IMG/VR virus record: IMGVR_UViG_3300014656_000042
Coordinates: 1-47,829 of that record
DNA from: a virus
Taxonomy: Duplodnaviria; Caudoviricetes
Strand: one strand, 5' to 3'
DNA: 47,829 bases
Below are positions 1 to 8,042 of this stretch, piece after piece. The notes beneath the pieces are model-generated. The model was not told the origin of the DNA and did no database searches. It saw only the letters and a list, made by a program, of their open reading frames with translations. Numbering within the stretch: position 1 is the stretch's first letter; the number at the start of each line of letters is the position of its first letter. The position numbers were made by a program, and so were the translations under genes.

Positions 1-143
1 ATATCGATAAGCTCCTGTATCTCCACCGCCGTCTTATCGCCGACATCTACGATACAGGCCAGCTTTCCGGCTTCGAAAAAATGGATTTCAAGCCGGCCTT
101 TTTCCGCTTTGAAAATTGTGTTTGCGATTGTTTTTGTCATCAT
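1..143 (-). CDS. hypothetical protein (partial, runs off the window start)
   Basis: ATG at 143 after a GAGGGG RBS; open frame MMTKTIANTIFKAEKGRLEIHFF... to the window edge. Confidence 0.6.
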   Translation of the reverse strand, partial: MMTKTIANTIFKAEKGRLEIHFFEAGKLACIVDVGDKTAVEIQELID

Positions 144-162
144 TCCCCTCCTTTAAAAATTG

Positions 163-612
163 TTAAATAGGTCCTTTTGATGGCATGATCCCACTGTCGG
201 CATACGAAAAATATCTCCCGTCCCCAACAACAACATGATCTAAAAAATTAATACCAAACAACCGACAGGCTTTAGCAATGGCTTTTGTGATTTTTGCATC
301 TTCCGGTGATGGCTTCGGATCACCGGATGGGTGATTATGCGCTGTAACTATGCCCTTTGCACCTGTTAAAATAGCTGATTTTATAACTTCCCGGACAAAA
401 ACTAAGGCAGAACTTATAGACCCCATTGTGACAAGATCAAAACACGTGATATAATTTTTTGCGTCCAGGCAAACTGTAAAAAATTTCTCCCTGTCGGCGT
501 CCTGTAAATCAGTAAAAAATTTAAAAACATCTTCGGCCCCAGATATGGCTTTCTTATTATACCCGGCCCGGTCTTCACGGATTAGCGTATACTCAATTTT
601 TTGATATTGCAT
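163..612 (-). CDS. radC: RadC-like JAB/MPN domain protein
   Basis: Motifs E-x-F-x3-LD, AHNHPSGDPKPSPED and FLDHVVVG. Start set to the ATG at 612 (MQYQKIE) behind GGGAGG, not the track start at 759. Confidence 0.9.
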   Translation of the reverse strand: MQYQKIEYTLIREDRAGYNKKAISGAEDVFKFFTDLQDADREKFFTVCLDAKNYITCFDLVTMGSISSALVFVREVIKSAILTGAKGIVTAHNHPSGDPKPSPEDAKITKAIAKACRLFGINFLDHVVVGDGRYFSYADSGIMPSKGPI

Positions 613-643
613 TTTCCCATCCTCCCTTTTAAGTTGTTTTTGG

Positions 644-784
644 TTAATCCTCTTCGTAATCACGGATAAACTCTGTTTCTGTCCGTCCGTTAAGTTTACC
701 GCAAAATATATACGCATGCGCTTTTTCGTCATACTCATACACACTGTCATATTGATCAAATCTGTATCTCTCTGGCTTTTCCAT
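644..784 (-). CDS. small hypothetical protein (46 aa, MEKPERYRFDQY...)
   Basis: GGAGG RBS upstream of ATG 784; below the ORF-track size cut-off; first gene after the sigma54-type promoter. Confidence 0.6.
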   Translation of the reverse strand: MEKPERYRFDQYDSVYEYDEKAHAYIFCGKLNGRTETEFIRDYEED

Positions 785-842
785 TTTCCCGCCCTCCTGT
801 TAAATTGTTTTTAAAAATTCGTTCGCTTTTACCCTTATCTAC

Positions 843-859
843 TGCGATTACCATGCCAA
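843..859 (-). promoter_or_regulatory. sigma54 (-24/-12) promoter candidate
   Basis: Minus strand TTGGCATGGTAATCGCA has GG-N10-GC spacing, about 60 nt upstream of the leftward gene cluster. Confidence 0.55.
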
Positions 860-1163
860 CGTGCCAAAAACATCAAAATAAATACAATAAATCGTAAAAT
901 GCCAATTAAATCAGGTATTTACAAATGGCAACAACAAGGCAATTAAAAACAAAAACTATACCAACCGACCAGCAATATGGCAAAAAATACACAGTCAATT
1001 ATGAAACGCCATAAATCATCAATAAAATTAGTAACTTAACACTATGGCAAAAAAACCACACAAATAAGCAAAAAAAACACACTTAAAAATTAGTTGACTT
1101 ATATATCAATAAAATAAACCTAAACAATATTAAACTAATAATGAAAACCTAAATCATCAACAT

Positions 1164-1176
1164 AATCAATAACTTA
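1164..1176 (+). promoter_or_regulatory. IHF-binding consensus site
   Basis: AATCAATAACTTA matches WATCAANNNNTTR, but the context is AT-rich, so a chance match is possible. Confidence 0.35.
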
Positions 1177-1776
1177 ACCAACTTATGATAAAAACCCGTA
1201 AAAATTGTCAAGACTTTACTTAATTTATAGAACAGTTATTATAAATTATATTAATTAACATATAAGTATGTATAACTATATATAAAAGATGCTTAGTTAT
1301 ATATCTATTATATATATATATACGTCAAAGTGGTAAAAACTATACATTCAGAATGTCAACAAAAAATACATACTAAACTATTACTATATCAGAGATCGTT
1401 GATCCTGGGCCATCCTCGTAAGCCACCATTTAATAGCTTTTATATAATCTTGTATGACATTAAGCGTAATTATATCGCTATTACCTATCATTACCGATAA
1501 TTAACCATAATTACGTATAACCGGATTTGGCAACCTATTTTGTCAGTATGATATTATATTAGCTCATAATTTATATTGACAGATACATAATTATAGGGTA
1601 TAGAGAGGTAACTATGTTCATCTGCCCAGCGCAGAAGGAAATCTTTCACCGTTTTACTTTGGCGGTGATTGCATATTAATTATAAGGTATCCGAAAACCC
1701 TTTTTAGTACGGTGCATAAGAACAACTAATCTTATGCTTATATTATTAATTAATATATATAACTAGTCTGAGATAT

Positions 1777-2160
1777 CAGTACCCAGTACAGTACTCAGTT
1801 ACTCAGGCCTCAGGCCTCTATACTATGCACAGCAATATTAAATCTTTAAACAATGCTTTCTAAATATAATATATTATATTCATTAACCGCGCACGCGCAC
1901 GCGTTCCCAGGCCCCAGGCCTCTATACAGTTACTCAGTACTCAGTGGTATAGTTTTTAACGTAATGCAACAAAGTGGTTGGGTAACAGATTAGTAACACG
2001 CCGGTAACAGATAGTTACAGATATTGCCATCCGGTAACAACCGGTAACAGATTCAGGCTATTTAAAGTACAAAATATTGTACTCTCACTATAAGTAAGGC
2101 AATTAAAATAAAAAGAGACTAATTTTAAAAAAATAGTCGGGTAACATTTGAGTAACAGAT
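1777..2160. repeat. short direct-repeat cluster (CAGT(T)ACTCAG, CAGGCCTCTATA, phased GTAACA); possible origin or packaging site
   Basis: CAGGCCTCTATA at ~1811 and ~1915; GTAACA/GTTACA at 1982, 1993, 2004, 2014, 2034, 2044, 2141 and 2152. Confidence 0.55.
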
Positions 2161-2244
2161 AATACAGCGTAAAGTTTTTTTACAGTCAACTCAAGTGGTC
2201 AAGTCAGTAATAGAAGAATGGGTAGTGGGTTAGTTTGATTTTTC

Positions 2245-2273
2245 TTGACATACTGTAAGTTTTGTTGTAAGCT
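2245..2273 (+). promoter_or_regulatory. sigma70-type promoter
   Basis: TTGACA-17 bp-TAAGCT upstream of the Panacea gene. Confidence 0.5.
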
Positions 2274-2335
2274 ATGAAATATCTTGACTTTTTAAATATA
2301 ATGTCGATAATAAAAAATAAGGAAGGAGGTCTATA

Positions 2336-2779
2336 ATGGCTACCGCAATGAATGTTGCTGAGTTATTCCTTTCATGGGCTAATAGAGATGGCGATTTAAT
2401 TACAAACCTCAAAATGCAAAAATTGTTATACTATGCACAGGCATGGTATGTGGTTAATTTAAAAAACAAATCTTTATTCAACGAGGTTATTGAGGCATGG
2501 GAGTTGGGGCCGGTGATTCCAATCGTCTATCATTATTTTAAAAAATATGGATATAACTCCATATCATATATTGACAATGGCAACGAAGAAAAGCCTTTTA
2601 CACCCGCACAATTAGATTATTTAAAACAATTTTACGGAAAGTTTATTGGTTTTTCGGCTCATGCCTTAGTCAATATGTCTCACAATGAAGGCCCTTGGAA
2701 AAACACATTTAAAGAGGGGGAAACGAATAAGGTTATACCCAACAGCTTAATGAAATCTTATTATTCCACCTTAATTTAA
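2336..2779 (+). CDS. Panacea/SocA-like (DUF4065, GepA) antitoxin domain protein
   Basis: Motifs ITNLKMQKLLYYAQAW, IEAWELGPV and SHNEGPW; strong GGAGG RBS. Confidence 0.85.
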   Translation: MATAMNVAELFLSWANRDGDLITNLKMQKLLYYAQAWYVVNLKNKSLFNEVIEAWELGPVIPIVYHYFKKYGYNSISYIDNGNEEKPFTPAQLDYLKQFYGKFIGFSAHALVNMSHNEGPWKNTFKEGETNKVIPNSLMKSYYSTLI

Positions 2780-2827
2780 AATTCCAATGAGTAAGAAAAT
2801 AAAATTTAGTAAGTGACCTATTTTAGG

Positions 2828-2902
2828 TGGAGCCGCTACCGGGGATCGAACCCGGATCAAAAAGGTGGGGAACCTTTTAGTTTACCATTAACATATAGCG
2901 GC
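2828..2902 (-). tRNA. tRNA-Gly(CCC)
   Basis: Cloverleaf with GCCGCTA/TAGCGGC acceptor stem, AAAGG-TTCCCCA-CCTTT anticodon arm, CCGGG-TTCGATC-CCCGG T arm, U73 and encoded CCA. Confidence 0.8.
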
Positions 2903-2910
2903 TTTATAAA

Positions 2911-2960
2911 GGCGGTGGGTGAGGGACTCGAACCCTCAATGGCGTGCAACCATGACCGGA
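2911..2960 (-). pseudogene. 3' half of a class II (Ser-like) tRNA
   Basis: Minus strand shows a variable-arm hairpin ATGG-TTGCACG-CCAT, T arm GAGGG-TTCGAGT-CCCTC and ACCCACC-G-CC; no matching 5' half. Confidence 0.55.
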
Positions 2961-3013
2961 TGGTGGGGATATGTATATATATAATTTTAGTTTTTTAAGG
3001 GGTAAGGGGAAGT

Positions 3014-3175
3014 ATGAGCCATAAAACTTTTAAAGATGTGTCTAAGGACTGCGGTTTTCAGTTTCGTGCGAGCCAGGAGGATGTGAAATATTGCATTACG
3101 GGTAAGGCGTGTAAAAAGGAGCACTGTCCGTTAGCACAATGGATAGACCGGATATTTGGGAGGACGTTGGTTTGA
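3014..3175 (+). CDS. small Cys-containing hypothetical protein (53 aa)
   Basis: AAGGGG RBS; MSHKTFKDVSKDCGF...CITGKACKKEHCP. Confidence 0.5.
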   Translation: MSHKTFKDVSKDCGFQFRASQEDVKYCITGKACKKEHCPLAQWIDRIFGRTLV

Positions 3176-3202
3176 TACTACTGATAGCAAGAAAGGAACA
3201 AA

Positions 3203-3436
3203 ATGTCAGAATTAAGCGAAAAAGAAAAAGCATTTTTGGTGGGCCTTGAAAAGCTAACACAGGAAACTGGTATTAAAATATCTGGATGTGGGTGTTGCGG
3301 ATCACCGTTTTTAGATGAGGCTAAAATTACAAGCGATAATTCAGGATATGGGATCGGTTACGCAGGTGAGATTTTATGGATTGATAAATCTGATAAATAT
3401 GATTGGGACAATTTTTCTAAATCAATAAGGGCATAA
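3203..3436 (+). CDS. hypothetical phage protein (GCGCCGSP motif)
   Basis: 77-aa ORF with AAGGA RBS; the stop lies in GCATAAC, an R''-like heptamer. Confidence 0.75.
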   Translation: MSELSEKEKAFLVGLEKLTQETGIKISGCGCCGSPFLDEAKITSDNSGYGIGYAGEILWIDKSDKYDWDNFSKSIRA

Positions 3437-3453
3437 CTAGGTGGAGATTTCTT

Positions 3454-3843
3454 ATGAGCTTTGAATGGATAATTGATGCGACTAAATGGTCATTAATTGG
3501 CGGGGCTTTTATTTTTGGTGTCAGCGCATACACAAAAACAAAACAATTAGCGCACGAAACTTCTCAACCTATTGGACAGATAAAAACCGATTATAATTTT
3601 TCATTGCCTAACTGGCTAACTGGGTTTGATCTTATAAAAACTTTTGAGATAAGCGAAGATCAGCTAAAACAACACATATTAGACGGCTTACCTGCCTATG
3701 ATGTAGATGATTCGGTATATTGGGGTGCTGATGTTAAAAAACCAATTAATATAGAAACTGAATTCCTTTGGTTTGAGGACAAAATTTTAGAATTAAGGTT
3801 TAAAAAAATAGATATTGAGAAATATGTGCAGAAAAACACATAA
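3454..3843 (+). CDS. hypothetical protein with N-terminal TM segment (cassette ORF)
   Basis: 129-aa ORF; the TAA stop lies in the R'' of the attC at 3838. Confidence 0.75.
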   Translation: MSFEWIIDATKWSLIGGAFIFGVSAYTKTKQLAHETSQPIGQIKTDYNFSLPNWLTGFDLIKTFEISEDQLKQHILDGLPAYDVDDSVYWGADVKKPINIETEFLWFEDKILELRFKKIDIEKYVQKNT

Positions 3844-3897
3844 CAAGTCGTTCAAGCGGACGGCAAACAACGCCGCTGCTTAACTCAGGCGTTAGAC
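3838..3897 (+). other. attC-like site 1
   Basis: ACATAAC-5 nt-GTT(C)AAGCGG(A)CGGC...GCCGCTGCTTAAC-6 nt-GTTAGAC; the unpaired C and A give extrahelical G and T on the bottom strand. Confidence 0.9.
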
Positions 3898-3912
3898 TCT
3901 TGGAGAAAAATA

Positions 3913-4176
3913 ATGGAAATAATTATATGTCATAAATGCAAAAACATTTTATTGGCCATAGATGGTTTACTTTCGGTTGATATCCCATTGCCGGGAAGTG
4001 CAATAGAATCAAAAATCAAATGCAAGTGCGGACAGGTTTCCACATTAAATATTATAAATAGACTCCAAGGATCAAGATACGATTGGCCAACCGAAGAACG
4101 CTTTTTGATAGACTGGAATGAAGTAAAATTTGAACCACGTGACAGGTCTAACCAAGCAAATTCAGCGGATTCGTAA
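3913..4176 (+). CDS. small Zn-ribbon-like protein (cassette ORF)
   Basis: CHKC...CKCG; GGAG RBS directly after R'. Confidence 0.7.
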   Translation: MEIIICHKCKNILLAIDGLLSVDIPLPGSAIESKIKCKCGQVSTLNIINRLQGSRYDWPTEERFLIDWNEVKFEPRDRSNQANSADS

Positions 4177-4203
4177 ACTCACCGCTGATTTGCGCCGTTA
4201 TCT
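4146..4203 (+). other. attC-like site 2
   Basis: GTCTAAC-CAAGC-AAAT(T)CAGCGG...CCGCTGATTT-GCGCC-GTTATCT. Confidence 0.85.
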
Positions 4204-4216
4204 GGAAAGGAAAAAA

Positions 4217-4468
4217 ATGTTCTGTTGTGATAAATTTGCAAAAGAAGTGAAAGAATACAAAGCCCCTGTTGGTGGGGGTTTTTTATACCCAACGCCTAAC
4301 CCACAAGGTCAATTTGAGCAAGATGAAGATGGTAGTTGGAATGTCAATGGTTGCTGCGGTGGAGGGTGTTTTGTAGTCACTGGAATGTTGTTTTGTCCTT
4401 TTTGTGGGGCAAAATTACCAGATAACCAGTCATTTAAGGCGGATGGCGAAAAAACTGCCACCGCTTAA
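4217..4468 (+). CDS. small Cys-rich protein (cassette ORF)
   Basis: MFCCDKF...GCCGGGC...FCPFCG; start set to ATG 4217 after the GAAAGGA RBS. Confidence 0.75.
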   Translation: MFCCDKFAKEVKEYKAPVGGGFLYPTPNPQGQFEQDEDGSWNVNGCCGGGCFVVTGMLFCPFCGAKLPDNQSFKADGEKTATA

Positions 4469-4481
4469 TTCCACGTTAGAC
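4420..4481 (+). other. attC-like site 3
   Basis: AGATAAC-CAGTC-ATTTAAGGCGGATGGC...GCCACCGCTTAAT-TCCAC-GTTAGAC. Confidence 0.85.
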
Positions 4482-4559
4482 GGAAATGGAGCAGAAAGAG
4501 CTGATTCGAGTTTTAGTAGGCAATAAAGAACTTACGACAGGAGGTTTTAGGATAAGCGT

Positions 4560-5213
4560 ATGAGAAAACCAATGCCGCCACCGCTAAAGAGTCCTATCCA
4601 GGTAATTAAAGAGCGGGTCATAGAGGATCATAAAAAGCAATTTTTAGATATTCTACAAGCTGGTGGGACGATGACTGAAGCGTATGCAAAGCTGGCAATA
4701 ACTTGTGATACTATGACGAAAATCCGGCGTAACGACAAAGAATTTGCTAAGGCTGTAAAAGAGGCACAAAAAGCGAATAGTGAGATACGAGAATTTGAGC
4801 GAAATCATCCCCAGCGGGAGTCATTGGAATTATTGGAAAAGAATCGTATTACGAAGGAGAGAGTCTTATTAGAGCTGAGCCGAATAGCACTCCTTGATCC
4901 ACTGGATTATTTAAACGACGATGGGACATTAAAGGACATAAAGGATATCCCGGAAGACGCCAGGAGAGCGATCGGTGGGGTTGAGATTCAATCGGGTGGG
5001 ACACAGGGGGAGATACTTAAGAAACTAAAACTTATTGATAAAAAGGGCGCCCTAGACAGTCTTGCTCGACACTTGGGGATGTTTAAAGATTCGATTGAAC
5101 TTAATTTAGAGGATAACACTATCACGCCGGACGAAAGAATGGTATTACAGGAGGCGGCAAAGCTGTTGTTAAAAGGGAAAACAAATCTGCTTAGTGAAGG
5201 GGGGACACAGTGA
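4560..5213 (+). CDS. terS: terminase small subunit
   Basis: ITKERVLLELSRIAL..D, IPEDARRAI and KLIDKKGALDSLARHLGMF; N-terminal HTH; upstream of TerL. Confidence 0.85.
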   Translation: MRKPMPPPLKSPIQVIKERVIEDHKKQFLDILQAGGTMTEAYAKLAITCDTMTKIRRNDKEFAKAVKEAQKANSEIREFERNHPQRESLELLEKNRITKERVLLELSRIALLDPLDYLNDDGTLKDIKDIPEDARRAIGGVEIQSGGTQGEILKKLKLIDKKGALDSLARHLGMFKDSIELNLEDNTITPDERMVLQEAAKLLLKGKTNLLSEGGTQ

Positions 5214-5527
5214 AAGTCTTAATTATATTTATTAGTATGGTATTTTGTATAATGCCCGGGGTTGCTTATGGGTCCGACTTTTCTTCCAGGGGCCTTCTAC
5301 AACTTAATCTTCAGCCGTATTATAACCCTTTAGCAGCACCTCTGGCGTGTTTCTGCCCTTGTGGGCGGGCAGAAAGAAAATTACGACAGGAGCAAGAAAG
5401 CAGAGAGAGTGCCCGGCGATTACAAGAATGGTTTAACAGGGAGCAGCTTCGAGACGATATCCGAAACGATATTCGGTATGAGTTAAGGCGGATGGATCAA
5501 ATTAAACACCCTTTTAATATTTGGTAA
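5210..5527 (+). CDS. hypothetical protein with signal peptide
   Basis: GTG start overlaps the terS stop; hydrophobic N-terminus. Confidence 0.6.
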   Translation: MKVLIIFISMVFCIMPGVAYGSDFSSRGLLQLNLQPYYNPLAAPLACFCPCGRAERKLRQEQESRESARRLQEWFNREQLRDDIRNDIRYELRRMDQIKHPFNIW

Positions 5528-5568
5528 ATAACGACAAGCTGATAAGCGGGTTGTAAGGAAATATAAAG

Positions 5569-7209
5569 ATGCCCTCACAAGCAGCATTGAAATTAATAGA
5601 AGATATTGCCAGCTCTGGGGATCCCTCGGTATTGTTTCCTGGATCGCCCTATTTGTGGGCGACATATTCGGGTTTACAATTACCGTCGGGTCCGTACAAG
5701 GAAGAAGGGCATGAGTATGTAAAGGATATTATGGAGTGTCAAGCCCAGCGACAATGTGCCATGAAAGGGGCACAGATGACGTTTACAACCATTGACGTTA
5801 TCAGAACTATCCACGGGATGATATATAATCAGTATCCGCAAGGATGTTTGTATTTATTTCCTACCAGAGATGATGTAACCGATTTTTCCAAAGGGCGTTT
5901 CCAGCCCATGATTAGTGATAATAAATTTATAAAGCAGCATATCAAAGATACTGATGCGGTTAATGTTAAGCGGATTGGCAAGGCATTTTTATATTTACGT
6001 GGTGCCCGGGCCAGTCAAAAGATTGAAGGGGTTAAACAAACAAGTTCACAACTAAAATCTGTTCCTGTTGACCGGATTGATTTTGACGAATTAGACGAGA
6101 TGAATCCTAAGATGGTGACGCTGGCGTTGGAACGTATGGCACATAGTGAAGTTCAAGAGGAAAGTTACCTGTCTACACCGTCGATTCCAGGTTTTGGCAT
6201 TGATAAGCTGTATCAAGGATCGGATCAACGGATATGGCAGATTAAGTGTAAAAAGTGTGGGGTAGAAACTTGTCTTGAATTAGAGTTTCCTAACTGTCTT
6301 GAGGATATGGGACATACGGTTTTAAGGGTGTGTCGTAAATGCCGAAATGAGATATACCCGAAAGATGGAAGGTGGGAAGTTCAGTATCCGAATAGGGACA
6401 TGGTTGGTTGGTGGATATCACAGCTTAACAGTGCTTATGTTGAGCCTAAAACGATACTTGATGCGTATAAAGATCCACCGGATGGCAATATTACAGAGGT
6501 ATATAATTCCAAGTTAGGGATAGCACATATTAAGGCTGAGAATCAACTGACTGCCCACGATTTCTGGAATTGTTTAAGCCGTGAGCCTGAAAGGATGTCA
6601 CATCCGGGGCCGACAGCAATGGGCGTAGATATTGGGAATACGATTTATGTTGTGATATTAGACAAGCCGAACGAAAAGACTGCTCGTTTTGTGTATGCGG
6701 CCAGGGTGTCGGAATGGGATGACATACACGATATAGCAAAGCGGTTTAATGTGCGGAGTGCTGTTGTTGATCGGGAACCGGAGATTCACAAAGCCCGTGA
6801 GTTTCAAAAGGCAGAGCCTTATGAGGTGCACTTATGTGATTATATTTATACGCTTCGGGGCGTCACGGATTGGGACCCTGTTACAGGGATGGTTAAGACG
6901 AATCGAACGGAGATTTGTGACGCAACGCATGAAATGGTTACTGCGAATGGGCGGTTTATACTTCCCAGGAGAAATGAAGAGATTGATGTTTTTGTAAAAG
7001 AAGCTTGCAATATTGCAAAAATTCTGGTAGAGGATGAATTAGGTGGTAGAAAGTACGTGTATAGAAAGTTGGGTGATGACCATTACAGGCACGCCCTTAA
7101 CTATGGTATGATGGCATTGTCGAGGGTGTCGGTATTTAAGGAAGCTACCGGGCATGTCTTACCGGCATCGGCGTATAAGCGGAAGCATCTTACTTGGGAG
7201 ACAAGATAA
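5569..7209 (+). CDS. terL: terminase large subunit, GpA-like family
   Basis: KGAQMTFT (Walker A-like), YLFPT, DFDELDEM (Walker B), STP, CxxC Zn motifs, nuclease MGVDIG and DDHYRHA. Confidence 0.9.
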   Translation: MPSQAALKLIEDIASSGDPSVLFPGSPYLWATYSGLQLPSGPYKEEGHEYVKDIMECQAQRQCAMKGAQMTFTTIDVIRTIHGMIYNQYPQGCLYLFPTRDDVTDFSKGRFQPMISDNKFIKQHIKDTDAVNVKRIGKAFLYLRGARASQKIEGVKQTSSQLKSVPVDRIDFDELDEMNPKMVTLALERMAHSEVQEESYLSTPSIPGFGIDKLYQGSDQRIWQIKCKKCGVETCLELEFPNCLEDMGHTVLRVCRKCRNEIYPKDGRWEVQYPNRDMVGWWISQLNSAYVEPKTILDAYKDPPDGNITEVYNSKLGIAHIKAENQLTAHDFWNCLSREPERMSHPGPTAMGVDIGNTIYVVILDKPNEKTARFVYAARVSEWDDIHDIAKRFNVRSAVVDREPEIHKAREFQKAEPYEVHLCDYIYTLRGVTDWDPVTGMVKTNRTEICDATHEMVTANGRFILPRRNEEIDVFVKEACNIAKILVEDELGGRKYVYRKLGDDHYRHALNYGMMALSRVSVFKEATGHVLPASAYKRKHLTWETR

Positions 7210-7228
7210 TTCAAAGAAAGGAAAAGCT

Positions 7229-7537
7229 ATGAAAAAAGTTGTAATGACGTCCGGGAGAGAGTATATTGTAAGTGATGACATCGCGAATAAATTGGTAAGC
7301 GGGACGGATATAAGGTTTAAGCGTGGTGAAAGTGGGGCTTTGATTAACCCCTCTATGGTCGAAAGTGTGGGGTCGCTTAGTGTAGAAGAAGAGACTGTGC
7401 CTGAGCCCGAGGTTGTTGCCACTTTCAAGTGTGACATTTGTGGTGCTGCCCCTTTTAAAGATGCCAGGGCTTTAAATGCTCACAAGAGAGGGGCACATTG
7501 GAATAAGAAGAAGGAAGAGATAGAAAAGGAAGTATGA
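7229..7537 (+). CDS. hypothetical protein with C2H2-type zinc finger
   Basis: FKCDICG..F....LNAHKRGAH; start at ATG 7229 after AAAGGA. Confidence 0.7.
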   Translation: MKKVVMTSGREYIVSDDIANKLVSGTDIRFKRGESGALINPSMVESVGSLSVEEETVPEPEVVATFKCDICGAAPFKDARALNAHKRGAHWNKKKEEIEKEV

Positions 7538-7538
7538 A

Positions 7539-8021
7539 ATGATAGAAGATGAAATCAAACAAGCTATGGGTGGGAAATATCATATTTGTCATAAATGTTC
7601 AGTTTATGATAATGTAGAGTTTCGTGAAGATTGCAGGAGATCGCAACCTGTGACCATTGGGGATATGGAGCGCCACTGGACACAAGGCGGTAGCTCCATT
7701 TATGGCGGAATTGACCGCAAAGCCGAGGAGATAGCCGCCCTCGTCGGCGGACAGGTAAAACTTAATCCGGAAGGGTTTAGGATCAAGTGGGTCTTGGAAA
7801 GGGCAAAAAAACTCATCTGCTTATTAGGCGGGTTAGGCGGGGCTTGTTTTGTTATGTGGTTTATGATAATATTTAAGATAAATGTCTTCGATTTTACTTT
7901 AGAAAGGTATTTCATTATTTCCTTTTTTGTTTGGGCCGGGCTAATGATAAGTCTTGCTGTGATTCTAACAATATGGAGTAGTCTGAAGGAAAACGGGAAG
8001 TATTTTAGAAAATATATATAA
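7539..8021 (+). CDS. hypothetical membrane protein (2 TM)
   Basis: 160-aa ORF with two hydrophobic C-terminal segments. Confidence 0.6.
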   Translation: MIEDEIKQAMGGKYHICHKCSVYDNVEFREDCRRSQPVTIGDMERHWTQGGSSIYGGIDRKAEEIAALVGGQVKLNPEGFRIKWVLERAKKLICLLGGLGGACFVMWFMIIFKINVFDFTLERYFIISFFVWAGLMISLAVILTIWSSLKENGKYFRKYI

Positions 8022-8042
8022 TTATTAACAGGAAGATGTCTA

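Larger units (their letters stand above)
3431..4481 (+). mobile_element. integron-like gene cassette array A (3 attC plus 1 collapsed attC), no integrase
   Basis: Single promoterless ORFs, each followed by an attC-like hairpin. Cross-cassette core pairing: GTTAGAC/GTCTAAC and GTTATCT/AGATAAC. Confidence 0.8.

Noticed and set aside
1708-1740. dif site (GGTGCATAA...)
   Set aside because: A XerC-like half is present, but there is no TTATGTTAAAT-like arm at 6-8 bp spacing.
2813-2998. 61-aa ORF in the track
   Set aside because: It is the antisense reading of the tRNA and the tRNA fragment.
3838-4481. Recurring hairpins read as a CRISPR array or as simple terminators
   Set aside because: The repeats are not identical, are separated by whole ORFs and mostly lack U tracts. 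They have R''/R' boxes and bulged bases, so attC fits better.
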